A stretch of 64,000 bases of DNA from Saccostrea echinata (GCF_033153115.1 NW_026889761.1:10478001-10542000); one strand, 5' to 3'. Counted from the first letter of the stretch, positions 1 through 13,467 are shown. Notes: generated by a model from the sequence alone, not told the origin. A program made the numbers and translations.

Positions 1-139
1 ATTTAAACCTTTCCTTCGAAAAAGATACACACATTGACATCAGTATATGACATTGACCCATTCCCTAAATTAATTTAAAAAACACATAATGCAACGGGCA
101 ATATTTGAGGTTTGAATACATTTCAATGCAAGATATATA

Positions 140-794
140 TGAGGGTTGACCCCAAAAAAATGTCACAACTGCTATAAAATCTTTAATAATCGAAAGATTT
201 TCAACAAATCTTTATATACTTATACACCTAAATATTTTGAGTTTTACCTAAAAATTTCATTCAGATATATGCAATAATTCTTAAAATATCAAAATATACA
301 CAACGGTGGGTCTCCTCTTTCGCCGCACGACAAGAATGTACCGACGTGGATATACGTTCATCTTGGACACTAATTTTGAATCTGATTGAACATAAGGTTT
401 ACACAAAAAGGAATGATTTAGAAATAACATTTGGACAAAGTTCAAATAATTTTAATATTACAATTTTAATATTACAAATCAAAACAAGACGGTTTATAGC
501 AAAATGGCAGTAAAGATTATAAAAAAGAAGCACGTGAGAGGTTAAAGTGATATGCGGATGAACGGAAAATGGGTGTCAAACGTAACGTCATAACGACGTC
601 GGTAAAATTCACACCGTGCGACGATAGACAAAACCTCTTGGTATTTAAAAAAGTACTAGTATTTTATATAATCGAATGAAATTGTTAGGCAGAAATTAAA
701 ATTGATAGGAGTAATAGTTTGTCAAACTTTGTTGATAACATTTGACTATTAAAGATGTTGTAGCGTAGAAACATTACTCATGGATCAACCCTTG
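140..794. mobile_element. Degenerate Tc1/mariner-type MITE
   Basis: TA|TGAGGGTTGACC...GGATCAACCCTTG|TA. Confidence 0.55.
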
Positions 795-2179
795 TATCAT
801 TGTTATTTCAATAATTCAATGAACAATGAACTTTACTTTTAAAAAAAGACCTTGATTCAATGCTATGAAGCAATTTAAAGTAATCAGCAACGACATTCAG
901 GAAAGTATCTTGAAAGTTATAGAAGGGTTTTATTCAATATTTTATTCACCAGTGATCTTGACCTTTTAGACACTACTCTGAGTCAAAATCGTACACATTA
1001 ATGGGTCATATTACAACATTCTCGATTTTGATTTCATTCCAGCCAAAATCTAATTGTGAAAGATTATATCTTATTTACGAAATAAGATAAAATATGAAAA
1101 GATTTAAAATATTGTTGAAATCGATATACATTAAACATTTGTTTAAACATTTCAATTTTAGAAATTTCCTGGCAAGCTACGGTTTGAGTAGAAAATTTTG
1201 TTTGGACTTTGACGTTAAACTGTAGACAATTATAAAGATAGAATTTGTCAGAAATCAGGGGAACAAAACCATCATATATGTTACAAAAGGCAAAGGTTCT
1301 TTTCGTCACTGGCAAATATTCCATAATGATATTTACATTAAACGACAAATAAAAGGACATTTTTGCTCTACTGAACATAGAGCATATTAAAATGATGTTT
1401 GTGTGATGAATATAAAGGAGGAAAAAATTAAACACTTTTTAAATAATAAAATTACTCATTTTAGTGTTCAGCGGAAGGAGAAGAGGTTGATCCTATATAA
1501 CAATATTTATTTCCATTTTTCTTAAGAAAGCATTGTTATAGAGCATGATCGTGATTGTATTACAAAGACTTAGTTTTAAAATCTAACTTTACTTCGTCCT
1601 CTGTATGACATTGACTTAACTTTATAAAGTTTATCTCACACAAATGTGAAGTTGACCAACTTGATGCAGGTTAATCCGGAAGGTAGCAATGGCCTATCTA
1701 TAAAAATTACGGAATAGCTTATTCCTATTGACTTAATTATTTGTATTTAAAAAAAATTAAAAAATAGTTCCAAAATATATTATAAATTGGTAAGAATAAG
1801 CAGGCATTAAATCAAAAGATTTCTATTTGTATAATACTATAGTTTATCATATATAATGATAGTATATCATGTATTTATAAAGGATATCCAATGTTTTGTA
1901 GTTGAGACGTCACAGATCGTGAATTTGAAAACTATTAATATGAATTTTAACAACAATTTGGAAAAACTTTGGCAGTTTAAGTCTCCATCAGGATGGTTCA
2001 TTAACTCTCGCTATCTTATAAGAGGCTAAGTAGTATCTGTTTTACATCATTCTTTGTGAAGGGAAGGAAAATCTCGGAATTTGTGGCCCTTTTGATATTT
2101 GTTCACAGTGTGAGAAAATATCATTTTCAATAAATAAATAACAGTAGTGTACCATACACAAACAGAAGGAACACTATAC

Positions 2180-2375
2180 CTGGGTCAAGTTTGATATAAT
2201 AATGAACTTTTTCTTTCAGTTCAAAATCTGGTGTAATGCGGAGTATCCAGTTCCATGAATTGGTGCTATCCAATGAATATACAGCTGAATCACTCTGAGA
2301 AACATCTATTTTGGAAATGAGATTACCAGTTTTTGTGTAGAAATAAATGAAGGCTCTTTGGGATGGTTGCACGAC
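2180..2375 (-). CDS. Gene A exon 9 (Ig-like domain); the gene continues, but later exons were not confidently located in 1-2179
   Basis: cag|VVQPSQRAFIYFYTKTGNLISKIDV...LRITPDFELKEKVHYYIKLDP|gtatag; 196 nt, phase 0 to 1. Exons 1-9 join into 464 stop-free codons. Confidence 0.82.
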
Positions 2376-2719
2376 CTGAAAAACCAAATTTTCAATTATT
2401 ATTATATATTATAGATGATGTATGAACTGTAGGTAGAATAACTATGATTTAATCAGAAAGATATAAATAGCAATATGAATAATAAAAATTCTGACTGGTG
2501 TCCTGTTATATTTAACATTAGAGTTAATTTGAAGGAAGAAGCATAAAACGTTCATTATGCTTCGAAAAATTTCACATTTATATCTTAGAATCGGGTAAAG
2601 TCATTTCAAATTTAATTCGTTCATTGGTATAAGTGCATGATACTAGTATCTACATAAAAACAACAGTAATATTTTCATAATTGTTATCTAGAACACATGA
2701 AAAACATTTTTAAAAGTAC

Positions 2720-2805
2720 CTGCAAATCGAAGTTGATAATGAAGAACTTCTGTGTGGGTAGTATTTCTCCAACGGGCTGATAAGATACGATTTGTGGTGG
2801 CTCCA
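2720..2805 (-). CDS. Gene A exon 8: start of Ig-like (Big_5/SbsA-type) domain
   Basis: tag|(V)EPPQIVSYQPVGEILPTQKFFIINFDLQ|gtactt; 86 nt, phase 1 to 0; paralog at 40827-40912. Confidence 0.85.
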
Positions 2806-3012
2806 CTAGGAAAAGTTTGAAAAATGTTAACAATGTTTAAGTTTATTTATGAAAGCATTAGTGGAAGAATATCTGCAGTTTGAGTGCAAGCTTTCATGCA
2901 GGAACCAATTCCGTCTTATGCACTCTTTATTCAATTTCAAGTTAGATATATGAACCACTATCTTTATTTACATGTTCATCTAAATAATACATTATAAACG
3001 ATCTTGATATAC

Positions 3013-3053
3013 CTCCGACAAAAAGCTTGATACAGGTTTTCTCTGACACCAAA
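3013..3053 (-). CDS. Gene A exon 7 (41 nt)
   Basis: cag|(S)LVSEKTCIKLFVG|gtatat; phase 2 to 1; paralog at 41364-41404. Confidence 0.85.
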
Positions 3054-3427
3054 CTGAAAAAAAATTTCAATAAACTTTTGTCCTCTTTGTCTACATCATT
3101 TTTAAAACTATCTAAAATTAGAACGAAAAAAACAACAACAGTATTTTGCACTCGAATTCAAAAATATATCATCTAATTGGAAAACATAATATTCACTCTA
3201 GAAATATACTAGTATTCTTCCTCTTCTATAAAACTTTCATCATCATTCATAGATAGACGTACACATCATTCAAAAATATTTTGGAGGAAGCAAAACTAGA
3301 CAGAAGTTGACACACATACAGACATTTATGCCATAAAGAGAGAAGAATACATTTTAAATCGTACGCATAGACTAAGAATTTTCTATACCCATTGCATGCT
3401 TTTTGGTTGACACGCTGTGAAAGTGTT

Positions 3428-4235
3428 CACTAACCTGTCTGAATCGCTGGCTGCACTAACCTCTCTGAGTCACTAGCAGCACTAATCTGTATGAGTCGCC
3501 GACTGCACTAATCTGTCTGAGTCGCTGGCTGCACTAACCTTTCTAAAATTGTTAGCTGCAATAGCCTGTCTGGGTTACTGGTCACACTAACCTTTCTGAG
3601 TCACTAGCAGCACTAACCTGTCTGAGTCGCTGACTGCACTAGTCTGTCTGAGTCGCTGGCTGCACTAACCTTTCTGAGTCACTGACTGCATTAATCTGTC
3701 TGAGTCACTGGCAGCACTAACCTATCTGAGTCGCTGACAGCACTAACCTGTCTGAGTCGCTAGCTGCAATAAATTGTCCGAGTCACTGGTTGCACTAATT
3801 TGTCCGAGTCACTGGAAGCACTAACCAGTCTGAGTCACTGGCAGCACTAACCTGTCTGAGTCACTGGGAGCACTAACCTGTCTGAGTCACTGGCAGCACT
3901 AACCTGTCTGAGCCTTTGACAGCACTTACCTGTCTGAGTCACTGGCAGCACTAACCTGTCTGAGTCGCTGAATGCATTAATCTGTCCAAATAACTGGCTG
4001 CTCTTTCCTATCTGAGTCACTGGCTGCACTAACCAGTTTGAGTCGCTGGCTGCACTAACCTCTCTGAGTCGTTGGTGAGTCGCTGGCTACAATAACCTGT
4101 CTGAGTCACTGGCTGCACTAACCTGTCTGTCACTGGCAGCACTAACCTGTCTGAGTCGCTAGCTGCAATAACTTTTCTGAGTTGCTGGTAGCACTAACCT
4201 GTCTGAGTCGCACTAACCTGTCTGAGTCGCTGGCT
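3428..4235. repeat. 26-bp minisatellite (~31 copies) made of the exon 6 / intron 6 junction of gene A
   Basis: Unit CACTAACCTGTCTGAGTCRCTGGCWG (starts at 3845, 3871, 3897); the minus strand reads ...GACTCAGACAG|GTTAGTG. Confidence 0.92.
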
Positions 4236-4379
4236 GTGTAACAGAAGGTGTTTTCACCGGTCTGACTTGGTTTGGGGGTCCAGGTAACATTAATATACCA
4301 TTCCCTATTTGACATGGCATATTTTTGTAAGGGTGAGGTCGTCAGTCCAGGTGGTGATACAGTGGTTATTTCAGTGATG
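4218..4379 (-). CDS. Gene A exon 6
   Basis: cag|ITEITTVSPPGLTTSPLQKYAMSNREWYINVTWTPKPSQTGENTFCYTASDSD|gttagt; 162 nt, phase 2 to 2; same length as the paralog at 41591-41752. Confidence 0.88.
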
Positions 4380-4831
4380 CTGTAAGAAGTCACAAGAAAT
4401 AGAGAGAGGGGGGATTGAGAGAGAGAGAGAGAGAGAGAGAGAGCAAAAATACAATACTATATACAGCAAAACATAATTATCTTTAGTATATATAAAAATA
4501 TTATATTATTTATTGTTTATTAAAGTAGCTATAATATATTCAAGTTTTATATAACGAGAATCAGTGTGAGTTTTGAAACATGTTCTATTCTTGGAAACAA
4601 GATGTGTACAATAACATTTAAGCATGCAACAGAATTATAAATGTAAATTAGAATAAAAAATTATAAATACATGTTAACAATGTTACATAATAAAGTATTT
4701 TGTTGTGAAAGAGCAAGATTTACTTGAATAACTGACTTCTCTGGTCAGTTATTCAGTTGGTCAGATATAGTCTGTAAGATAAGATTTTCAAGTAAATTGA
4801 TAAAAGGTATTGTTATAGGATGTAAGCTCAC

Positions 4832-5103
4832 TTTACTCCGTCCGCACCACTCCGAGCTATGACTTGTTCAGTCCAAGTAGAATTTATTGGGATACCGACA
4901 CATGCACCGTCTAACCGTGTTGGCATTATAAACTTCGGTTTGTCTTGGCAAGGTTTATCAGAAGAGAAAACGTTTACAAGGAACTGAAGGGAAACACTAC
5001 TAAGCGCATGCGTTGAGTTTAATGGACTGAAGTCCTCAATTTGAATTGCGACAGCGTACCAGCCAGTTTTGTATTTGGCAATGTATGAAATCTCGCATCT
5101 TTT
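4832..5103 (-). CDS. Gene A exon 5
   Basis: cag|KRCEISYIAKYKTGWYAVAIQIEDFSPLNSTHALSSVSLQFLVNV...ARSGADGV|gtgag; 272 nt, phase 0 to 2; paralog at 42325-42596. Confidence 0.9.
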
Positions 5104-6499
5104 CTGAAAAAAAAATGACAAGTTTACTTTTATTGATTATAATACTGTGTTCATTGAGGCTTATATTTAGCAGATTAGTTTGATAAATTCACTTAACGTT
5201 CCTAAATAACCATAGATTAGGGTGTATATTTTTACAGATATAGTCTGTTACATGTAACTTCCTACAGTATTACGATGACAAAATACCCATCACTCACCTT
5301 AGTCACCTTAGCTTTTAGAAATAAATATTTACATACTAAACTCATTGTTGTTAAGTTACTCTTGATTAGAAGATGTGAAATATTTTTGCGTTTATACGTA
5401 ACATGTCATTGTAAAATCGTAACCCACTCGCCCTACCTCAGCGGCAATGATTTAAATGAGCTGAATTTTCAATGCATTGGAATGTTTATATTATAGAGTT
5501 ATGGAATGGGTATGAGGGAAATAACAAATTTATGGTTCCCCAAGGGAGGAAACTATTTCCCGAGTCGGCGAAGCCGCCGAGGGAAATAGTTTCCTGTCGA
5601 GAGGAGCCATAAATTTGATATTTCCCGAGTACCCATTCCATAACTGTTTTATTATACCGAAACAATCATGGGAGATTTATTAAACTAGAGACTCGGACAT
5701 TTCTTAAAACAATATAGAGGCATTCAAATAATCACAAATGCATGTGATTAAAAATATTGTAAGATAACTAATGCATCAATACTGAGGAAAATGAAATTAT
5801 TAAAAAATATAAAATAATTTCACTGACACTTCGAAGGATTATCGTTGTCTTCATTTTGCTAGAATTCCAGTATGATTTTGACATTGCATGTCGAAATGTT
5901 TTGACGACATAGTTACATTGCTATTAACATTACGTCACAGACTCGAGATTCCTTGAACGCTCCGCCCACTGATCATTTTAATTGGTTAAAATTACTAATA
6001 AATATTCATGAGGGAGTAGTCCCAGGGAGTAGCTCCGATTTTTCCGGAAGTAGTCCTCCTATGAGGGAAATAGTATCTTCTCGGGGAAATAGACAGTTTT
6101 ATGGTATTAATTTTATATAGAGTAATAACAGTAGAGGTATAATAAATAAATATGTCTACTTGCAGCTCTTTTATTCTTGAGAATATATAGATGCTCAATA
6201 GTTGCCCTCTGCATATATCCATATGTCTAATTTTGTTCCCTCAGTGTCCCTACCATTGACTCAAACTCAAAATTTCTGTGAACAATACAAATTGTAAACA
6301 GAGCAAGACACCGACCCCTAGAACCAAGAGTGGGGATTAGGAACCACAGAGGAATAAGCGTTCTAGTCAACAGAGCACACCCGCCGTGAACCCTCTGTAT
6401 TGATCAGGTAAACAGAGTAATCCAGAGTTAAATATTATAAAAATAATGACTCGAAAATTGATAAAAATATGTCAGTCAAAATGCGACTTGAAGGTTATT

Positions 6500-9400
6500 C
6501 CGGTGTTGTAGAGTAGGGTTTCCCCCATAGCCAGCTTTCCCCCCGCAATCTGTACTCTAGAGTAGGATTTACCCCTAAGGAAAAAATCTCACACCAGAGC
6601 CAAATTTTCCCCTATTTCTTTCTCAGAGTAGGATATACCCTCTTTTATCAATGCTTATATAATATCGACAATATTTTGGCTAAAAGTTTATATAAAAGTC
6701 AACTGATTTTTAATAGAAATATGAATGTTTTCGACTCAAAAATAGTCAAACTTAGTTTGAAAGCTAAGAATATATAATTCAAATCATTGAGCTTCAACTC
6801 GAAATTTTAACTTATAGGAAATATACTGTGATATGTATTGTGGCTCCCTCTATTGACAGCTACTTAAAGCTATGATACATACCTTAATTCATGATGTATA
6901 CTGTATTAATATATTTTGTTGAAAACACTTGTATTCAGGGATTTTTTAAAAATTTGAAACATCTTGCCAAAGGACAAAATTATTATTGTTTAGAAGGAGC
7001 TTAGTCCGGGCCCCATTCCTGGCAGTTGCCTTATTTTATTCTAGATGTTAGCGTTTATATGTTGTTATAGATTAGGATGAGAGAAATAAACTGAAAAAAA
7101 CCTTATAGGACATTGTATAATAAGTCACTCAACATCCTCTATCGGCGCACAGGTACGTGTTTGTTCACAAACTTTAAAACGTTGATCAGGCCACCTTTAG
7201 TGATTTAATAATTTGTTTGCTCTTAAGGGCCCAGTGTTTTATCTAAGAGTTTATCCTTTTTAACAACGAGTGAATGAACAAATTCTAAAATTTGTTTTAT
7301 CGATGAGTTCCACATACCATTTTGTGAGTATCTGAATCGAATTGTTCTTTCAGGGAAAAAAGGGAAATAAAACCAAAAGCAAATCAATAAAGAAACACTG
7401 CTTTTGCAAGCCGAAGCATAAGTATGTCCCCTCGATCCCAGCGGTGTAATACTAGTATTGAATTTGAAAGCAGAGAGCAAATACTCTCTTGTAGTTTTGA
7501 AAAATTTCATTTTTTTTTTGTTAGAAATAAATTGTATGGCAATATTGTAAATATTGTAAGTTGTATGGCAACGGTTTTTTTTTATATTTACAAACCAGAA
7601 TCTTGGAGAGACAATTACAATATACGCCTTAATATTATGTACATTTAGTTTGAAATACAAACTGGAGAAAATTGAAAAAATCCATTTAAATAAAATTCTT
7701 TGTGTCCATGGATAGAGTTAAAAATTTGTCTCCAACCGATTATATTGTACCAATGTTTTAGAAACCAGTTTGATCAGATGAACAGAATAAGATTTTATTG
7801 CTTTAAGAGAATTGGTTGAGCAGTAATTTAAAAAAAAAAGTGATTTTGAATTTTCAATTTTCATACTTTGTATGTTTCAATGGAGCTGGTAGCCATTTTG
7901 AAGAAGGGACACTTGTAACAATGCGTCCCCCTCCCCCACATACGGAAGTACAGCCATGATATTTTACTGGGGGGAAATTTACTTTGGAGGAAATCACACT
8001 CAACTATTGGTGTACAGTAGGATTTCCCCCATATCCAGTTTTCCCCCCGGACTCTGTACTCTACAGCAGGATTTCCCCCGAGGGGAAATCTCACACCAGA
8101 GCCAAATTTCCCCCTCTTTCTATCTCAGAGAAGGATTTCCCCTCTTTAATCAATGCTTAAATCATTGACAATTAATATGTCAATAGTTTTTATGAATGTC
8201 AACTGTTTTTTAATGAAAATATGAATGTTTTCGACTCAAAAATTTTTGAATTTAGTATGAAATCTTAAAATAAAGAGTTCAAATCATTGGGTTTCAACCC
8301 AAAATTTTAACTTATAGGAAATTGTAAATAAGTCACTTAAAAATCTAAGTTTCGATGTTTCAATACCCTCTCTTGGCGCAGCAGTACGTATTCGATCACA
8401 AATTTTTCAATTATATCAGGACACTTTTAGTGATTTGACAATTTGTTTGCCCTTCAAAGGCACAGTATTTCGTATTTCATCTATGGATCCATCTTTTCTA
8501 CAAAGATTGTGCGAGAAAATTCTAAAATTTATGTTAATGTCATGCACATACCATTTTGTGAGTATCAAAATATTGTAGTTCTTCAAAGGAAAAAAAAAAG
8601 ACAAATCCATAAACACAACAGTACAAGAAACACTGCTTGCATAAGTGGAAGCATAAGTATGTCCCCTCTGTTGCAACCACTATTGAAATAACGTTCACTA
8701 TTGAAATAATTATTTCAATAGTGGTTGAAAGTTCATTTCAAAACTAAACACAGGTTGCAACCTCTATTGAAATAACGTTCACTATTGAAATAATTATTTC
8801 AATAGTGGTTGAAAGTGCATTTAAATCAAACACAGGTTGCAACCACTATTGAAATAATGTTCACTATTGAAATAAAAATTTCATTAGTGATTGAAATAAA
8901 AATATTATTGAAATAACCCCACTTTTGAAAACAAAAAATATATAAAGATAAATTTTTCATTATGTTTCGCAACATAATGAATTAATTTATTGAGTTTAAA
9001 ATATGAAATGTAATTCTATGTTTTAATTTCTGTCCAGAAATACTATTAATACACGGATGTCTGTGATTTAAGTGATCTAGTAATTTTAAGTAATTTTATT
9101 ATATAAGGTTCATAATTTCTATTAATTGCGGAAAGTAACAGTTTATAAAAACAGATAGTTTTTAGAATATCTACATACAAAGAAAGAAGAAATCTATGTA
9201 ACGACTATGAATACAGACTCTCTGATGATAATATGGTTATTCTTAATCAATAGGATATATAATAGAAGTAAATTTTCGCTTATATAAAATCAAAATCAAC
9301 TATTCGGGAAAACTAAGTATAAGCATTATTACATAAGAGGTTGCTATTTCAATAGTGGTTACACGTATAAAACCGCTGTTGAAATAATATAAACTATTGA

Positions 9401-11275
9401 AATAATTATTTCAGTAGTGATCACTATTTCAATAGTGGGTACATTGTTGCAACCACTACTGAAATAGTGACTATTGAAAAAGTTGTTTTAATAGTAGATG
9501 TTATTTCAATATCGGTAGTGTTTATGCACCCGTTATTGAAATAACGATCACTAATGAAATAATGATTAATTCAGCAAAAGCTTGCCTATAATATTTGCAT
9601 GCTTTGTTTGAATTTAAGGTATGTCAGTTAAATAAAAAAAAATGTCCTTGTATTTATGGTAATTTATAGAAAAGAAAGGAATACATAAATTTACACGTCA
9701 TATTTTAAACTCAAAAAATATTATATATAATTTAGTAAACGTAATGAACAAATATATCCTTATGTTTTTTGCAATTGTAGGTCTATTTCAGTAACTATCA
9801 AAATAATCATTTCAATTACTACTGAAATCTTCATTTCAATCGCTATCGAAATCTTTATTTCAATAGTGAACTTATTATTTAACACAATTAGTGAACTTAT
9901 AGTTAACTTATTTCAATAGTGGTTGCAGCCTGGTTTAGGTTTTTAAATGCATTCAAAACCTCTATTGAAATCATTGTTTCATTAGTGAACGTTATTTCAA
10001 TAGTGGTTCCAATCTGTATTCGGTTTTGAAATGCATTTTCAACCACTATTGAAATAATTATTTCAATAATGAACGTTATTTCAATAGTGGTTACAACCTT
10101 TGTTTGCACTCTCAACCACTATTGAAATAATTATTTCAATAGTGGTTACAACCTGTGTTTGGTTTTGAAATGCACTCTCAACCACTATTGAAATAATTAT
10201 TTCAATAGTGAACGCTATTTCAATAGTGGTTACAACCTGTGTTTGGTTGTGAAATGCACTCTAAACCACTATTGAAATAATTATTTCAATAGTGAATGTT
10301 ATTTCAATAGTGGTTACAACCTGTGTTTGGTTTTGAAATGCACTCTCAACCACTATTGAAATAATTATTTCAATAGTGAACGTTATTTCAATAGAGGTTA
10401 CAACCTGTGTTTGGTTGTGAAATGCACTCTAAACCACTATTGAAATATTTATTTCAATAGTGAATGTTATTTCAATAGTGGTTACAACCTGTGTTTGGTT
10501 TTGAAATGCACTCTCAACCACTATTGAAATAATTATTTCAATAGTGAACGTTATTTCAATAGTGAAACAACCTGTGTTTGGTTGTGAAATGCACTCTAAA
10601 CCACTATTGAAATAATCATTTCAATAGTGGTCGTTATTTCAAAAATGGTTGCAACACCCCTCGACGCTAGCGATGTATTATTGGATTTGCAAGCAGAGAG
10701 CAAATACTCTCGAAAATTTAAGCAAAATTTTGAATTTTTAGCAATAAATGACCTATTTTTAGTTCCATGGCAATATTTAAACACCAGAATTTTGGAGAGA
10801 CACTTATATACATGTAGTTTGAAATACGACTGAAGAAAAAAGATTGACCAGATGAAAAGAGTAAAATTTTAATTCTAAAAAAAAAAAAATCTTTTGGACG
10901 GTTACTGAAAAAAAGAAGATTTAATTTTCATTTTTCATGCTTCGTATGTTTCAATGGAACTGGTCGCTATTTCGAAGAAGGGACACTTGTAATATTATGT
11001 CCCCCCTTCCCCCTCACACACAATGATATTTTTTTGGGGGGGGGGGCGGGGGTAGGCTCTTGGGGAAATCGCACTCTATAAACAGAGTAGGACCCCCCCC
11101 CCCCGGGAAATTGAATCTGGTGTGGGATTTCCGTAGGGGAAACCCTTCTGTACAGTAATCTTTTCGTGGGGGAAATCCTACTCCAGAGCCTATTTTCAGG
11201 TGCCAAAATCCTACTCTAGAGCCAGTTTTCCGGGGGGGGGGGGTTTAAAGGGGAAAACCTACTCTACAAGACCGG
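6500..11275. mobile_element. Unclassified TIR element (CCGG termini) with an internal ~1.5-kb tandem duplication
   Basis: CCGGTGTTGTAGAGTAGG...CCTACTCTACAAGACCGG with TATT on both flanks; 6515-7980 is repeated from 8017 onward. Confidence 0.75.
8669..10656. mobile_element. Nested TGT..ACA TIR element with 84-bp palindrome-bearing tandem repeats
   Basis: TGTTGCAACCACTATTGAAATAACG...CGTTATTTCAAAAATGGTTGCAACA; TSD CCCCTC; empty site visible at ~7427; core palindrome CACTATTGAAATAATTATTTCAATAGTG. Confidence 0.85.
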
Positions 11276-11440
11276 TATTTACAAGCATACGTACGTACAC
11301 CGTATTACAATTGCAAAATACCTTTCGTAATTCAAAGTACAAAACTTTAAGTTGTACAGTAAAACCGGACAATATCTTACAGTTCATATCAAATCCAAGT
11401 TTATAGTGCAAATTCAAGCTTTTTTAGCTGATATTCTTAC

Positions 11441-11544
11441 CTCGTCAAGGAAGGAATTTGGAAAGGAACGACAGACTCCACCGCATTCCCTCTTAGAGGA
11501 TTCCGCCCATCTACATCGAACTGTGTCATTATCTTTGTCATAAA
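11441..11544 (-). CDS. Gene A exon 4
   Basis: cag|(V)YDKDNDTVRCRWAESSKRECGGVCRSFPNSFLDE|gtaag; 104 nt, phase 1 to 0; paralog at 46432-46535. Confidence 0.9.
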
Positions 11545-11889
11545 CTGAAATTTGTTCGAAAAATTCACATATTTATTCTGGAGATGACAAGTATTTTGAC
11601 TAATATATACGAGGGCCGTTCAAAAATTACGCGGACTCTGCTATTATTTAATTTTACTGACGTAAATTAATAACTATGAAATTTTTACAGAAACATATCT
11701 CTTTATGATTTTTGTAAAATTTTGGAACAATTTTTTGATAATCGTACATGTATCGGAAATCTTATAAATGTGATATTTTAGATGAAATTTATGATACGCT
11801 TGTTGGAAATTACAATGTGCAAGTAAATATGAGTGAGGGTCTAGTTGTCAGTTTTCTGCATTTTTTCCGCAGAAAATTAAAATACATAC

Positions 11890-12065
11890 CTGGGATAGTT
11901 ATGTTGTGCTCACATCCGTGCTGTAGGCGTATGATCGGAGGCATAGCAGAGACGGGGGATGAGTTAATTTTACCGGTGTCACGTCTCCGGTTTAGGTCAA
12001 CTGTTGTGCGCATTTCCCAGTCTCCACCCCCAGATACAAGCGATATCCAATCTCCTCCAGTAAAT
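11890..12065 (-). CDS. Gene A exon 3
   Basis: cag|FTGGDWISLVSGGGDWEMRTTVDLNRRRDTGKINSSPVSAMPPIIRLQHGCEHNITIP|gtatgt; 176 nt, phase 2 to 1; near-identical exon at 46732-46907. Confidence 0.9.
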
Positions 12066-12201
12066 CTGATAAAGTTTATATATAAATGAAACTTGTGCTA
12101 CATGTCAAAAGATAATGGCTCAAACACTGAGGCTGAATAAAAAAAAAAATATTTTTAGGATATGGAAATACGATATATTATAATTGGCTAGTCATACGCA
12201 C

Positions 12202-12443
12202 CCAAATTGAGCAGCTTTATCCTGAAAAGTGTGTGTAAAGCTGCGTTCCCCCTGTGTCCAATCTTCCTGTAAACTAAAATCGGTGCAAACGATTCCGACA
12301 TCTGAAATCGTTTGAGAAGAGCAATCAAAACACACCACATTTCCAAGATTAGCAATGATATCACCGTCTTCAATAGTTGTCCTATCACACCTTGTTAGAC
12401 TGCTGTAAGTACGTCTCCATGCCATCCGGAATGTAATTATGAC
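12202..12443 (-). CDS. Gene A exon 2
   Basis: cag|VIITFRMAWRRTYSSLTRCDRTTIEDG...VCTDFSLQEDWTQGERSFTHTF...QFG|gtgcgt; 242 nt, phase 0 to 2; paralogous exon at 47028-47282. Confidence 0.85.
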
Positions 12444-13124
12444 CTGGAACATAGAATATGTGGAAAATATTCTAGCAAATTTTATTATTATTTTTATACT
12501 ATATATGAGATTCAAATGTCATGTTCATTTCACATATAATGAACAAAAATTTAAGAAGAAAAGACACCTTTGTAGTGGACTTTCTACATTTAATTTGGCT
12601 GGAACTCATACAAAATTCAAATAAACACATTAAACCTTCTTAAGAATGATTTTCAGCCATTCAAACTTCAGAAGATGTTTATTTAAAAATCACTTAATCA
12701 CTTCCTAGATTTTTTCATTTTTTTGTTATGATCCTTAAGAATATTTTTTTATAATATTGGATTTAAATGCCTGAAATAAAACATTTGGAAAAAAACATTT
12801 CCCCGGATATTCAGCCAACTCAAAGCTCTGTTAAGGATTATGTAGCTAGGTGAAGTTACCTAATAATCAGGTTTTCCTACTGTAAAATCACTTGAAAATA
12901 TATCATTTAACTTAGAGGATATGATTTCATATGACGAAAATTAAACCCTCCCAAACGTTAGAAACACAAATTTAGTTGTAAAAATTAAGTGACCTTAATG
13001 AACCGTCACGTCAAATGTTGCAAATAGCAAGAAACATTGCATTTTTGCAGAAATCGAGATCAGATCTAAAATTGCCTTCATAAAAGTTTGGTCACCAGTA
13101 ATTGATAAGCATAGGCATGATGAA

Positions 13125-13467
13125 TGATTGATTGTATGTTGTTTAACGTCCCATAAGAGAATTTTTCATTCATAAAGAGACGTCACCGTATGCCGGTGAA
13201 CGGCTTCAAATTTAGAACTATACTCAGCATTTAGGCCATTGAGCAGTGAGGGTTCTTTATCGTGCCAACGCCTACCGTGACACAGGACCTGTGTTTTTAA
13301 TGTCTCATCCAAAAGACCCTTGATTGACTTTAACTTCTAGTGCAGGGCGCTTGGTGAAGGAACAATCACTACGTATATTTACGTCTTAGGTTTGACGCGG
13401 CGAACGATAATCGAACCCGGCCTCCCGATCACTAAACGAGAGCCCTACCACTAGGCTGCTGTGACGG
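13125..13467 (-). mobile_element. tRNA-derived SINE (Meta/MESC-type core)
   Basis: Minus strand: A-box-like GCAGCCTAGTGGT, B-box GGGTTCGATT, core GTAGTGATTGTTCCTTC...CCCTCACTGCTCAATGGCC and an (AATC)n tail. Confidence 0.75.

Noticed and set aside
1064-1435. 123-aa ORF, or a terminal exon (VEQKCPFICRLM*) of gene A
   Set aside because: Low-complexity AT-rich translation with no support from the paralog; it does not complete the Ig-like domain.
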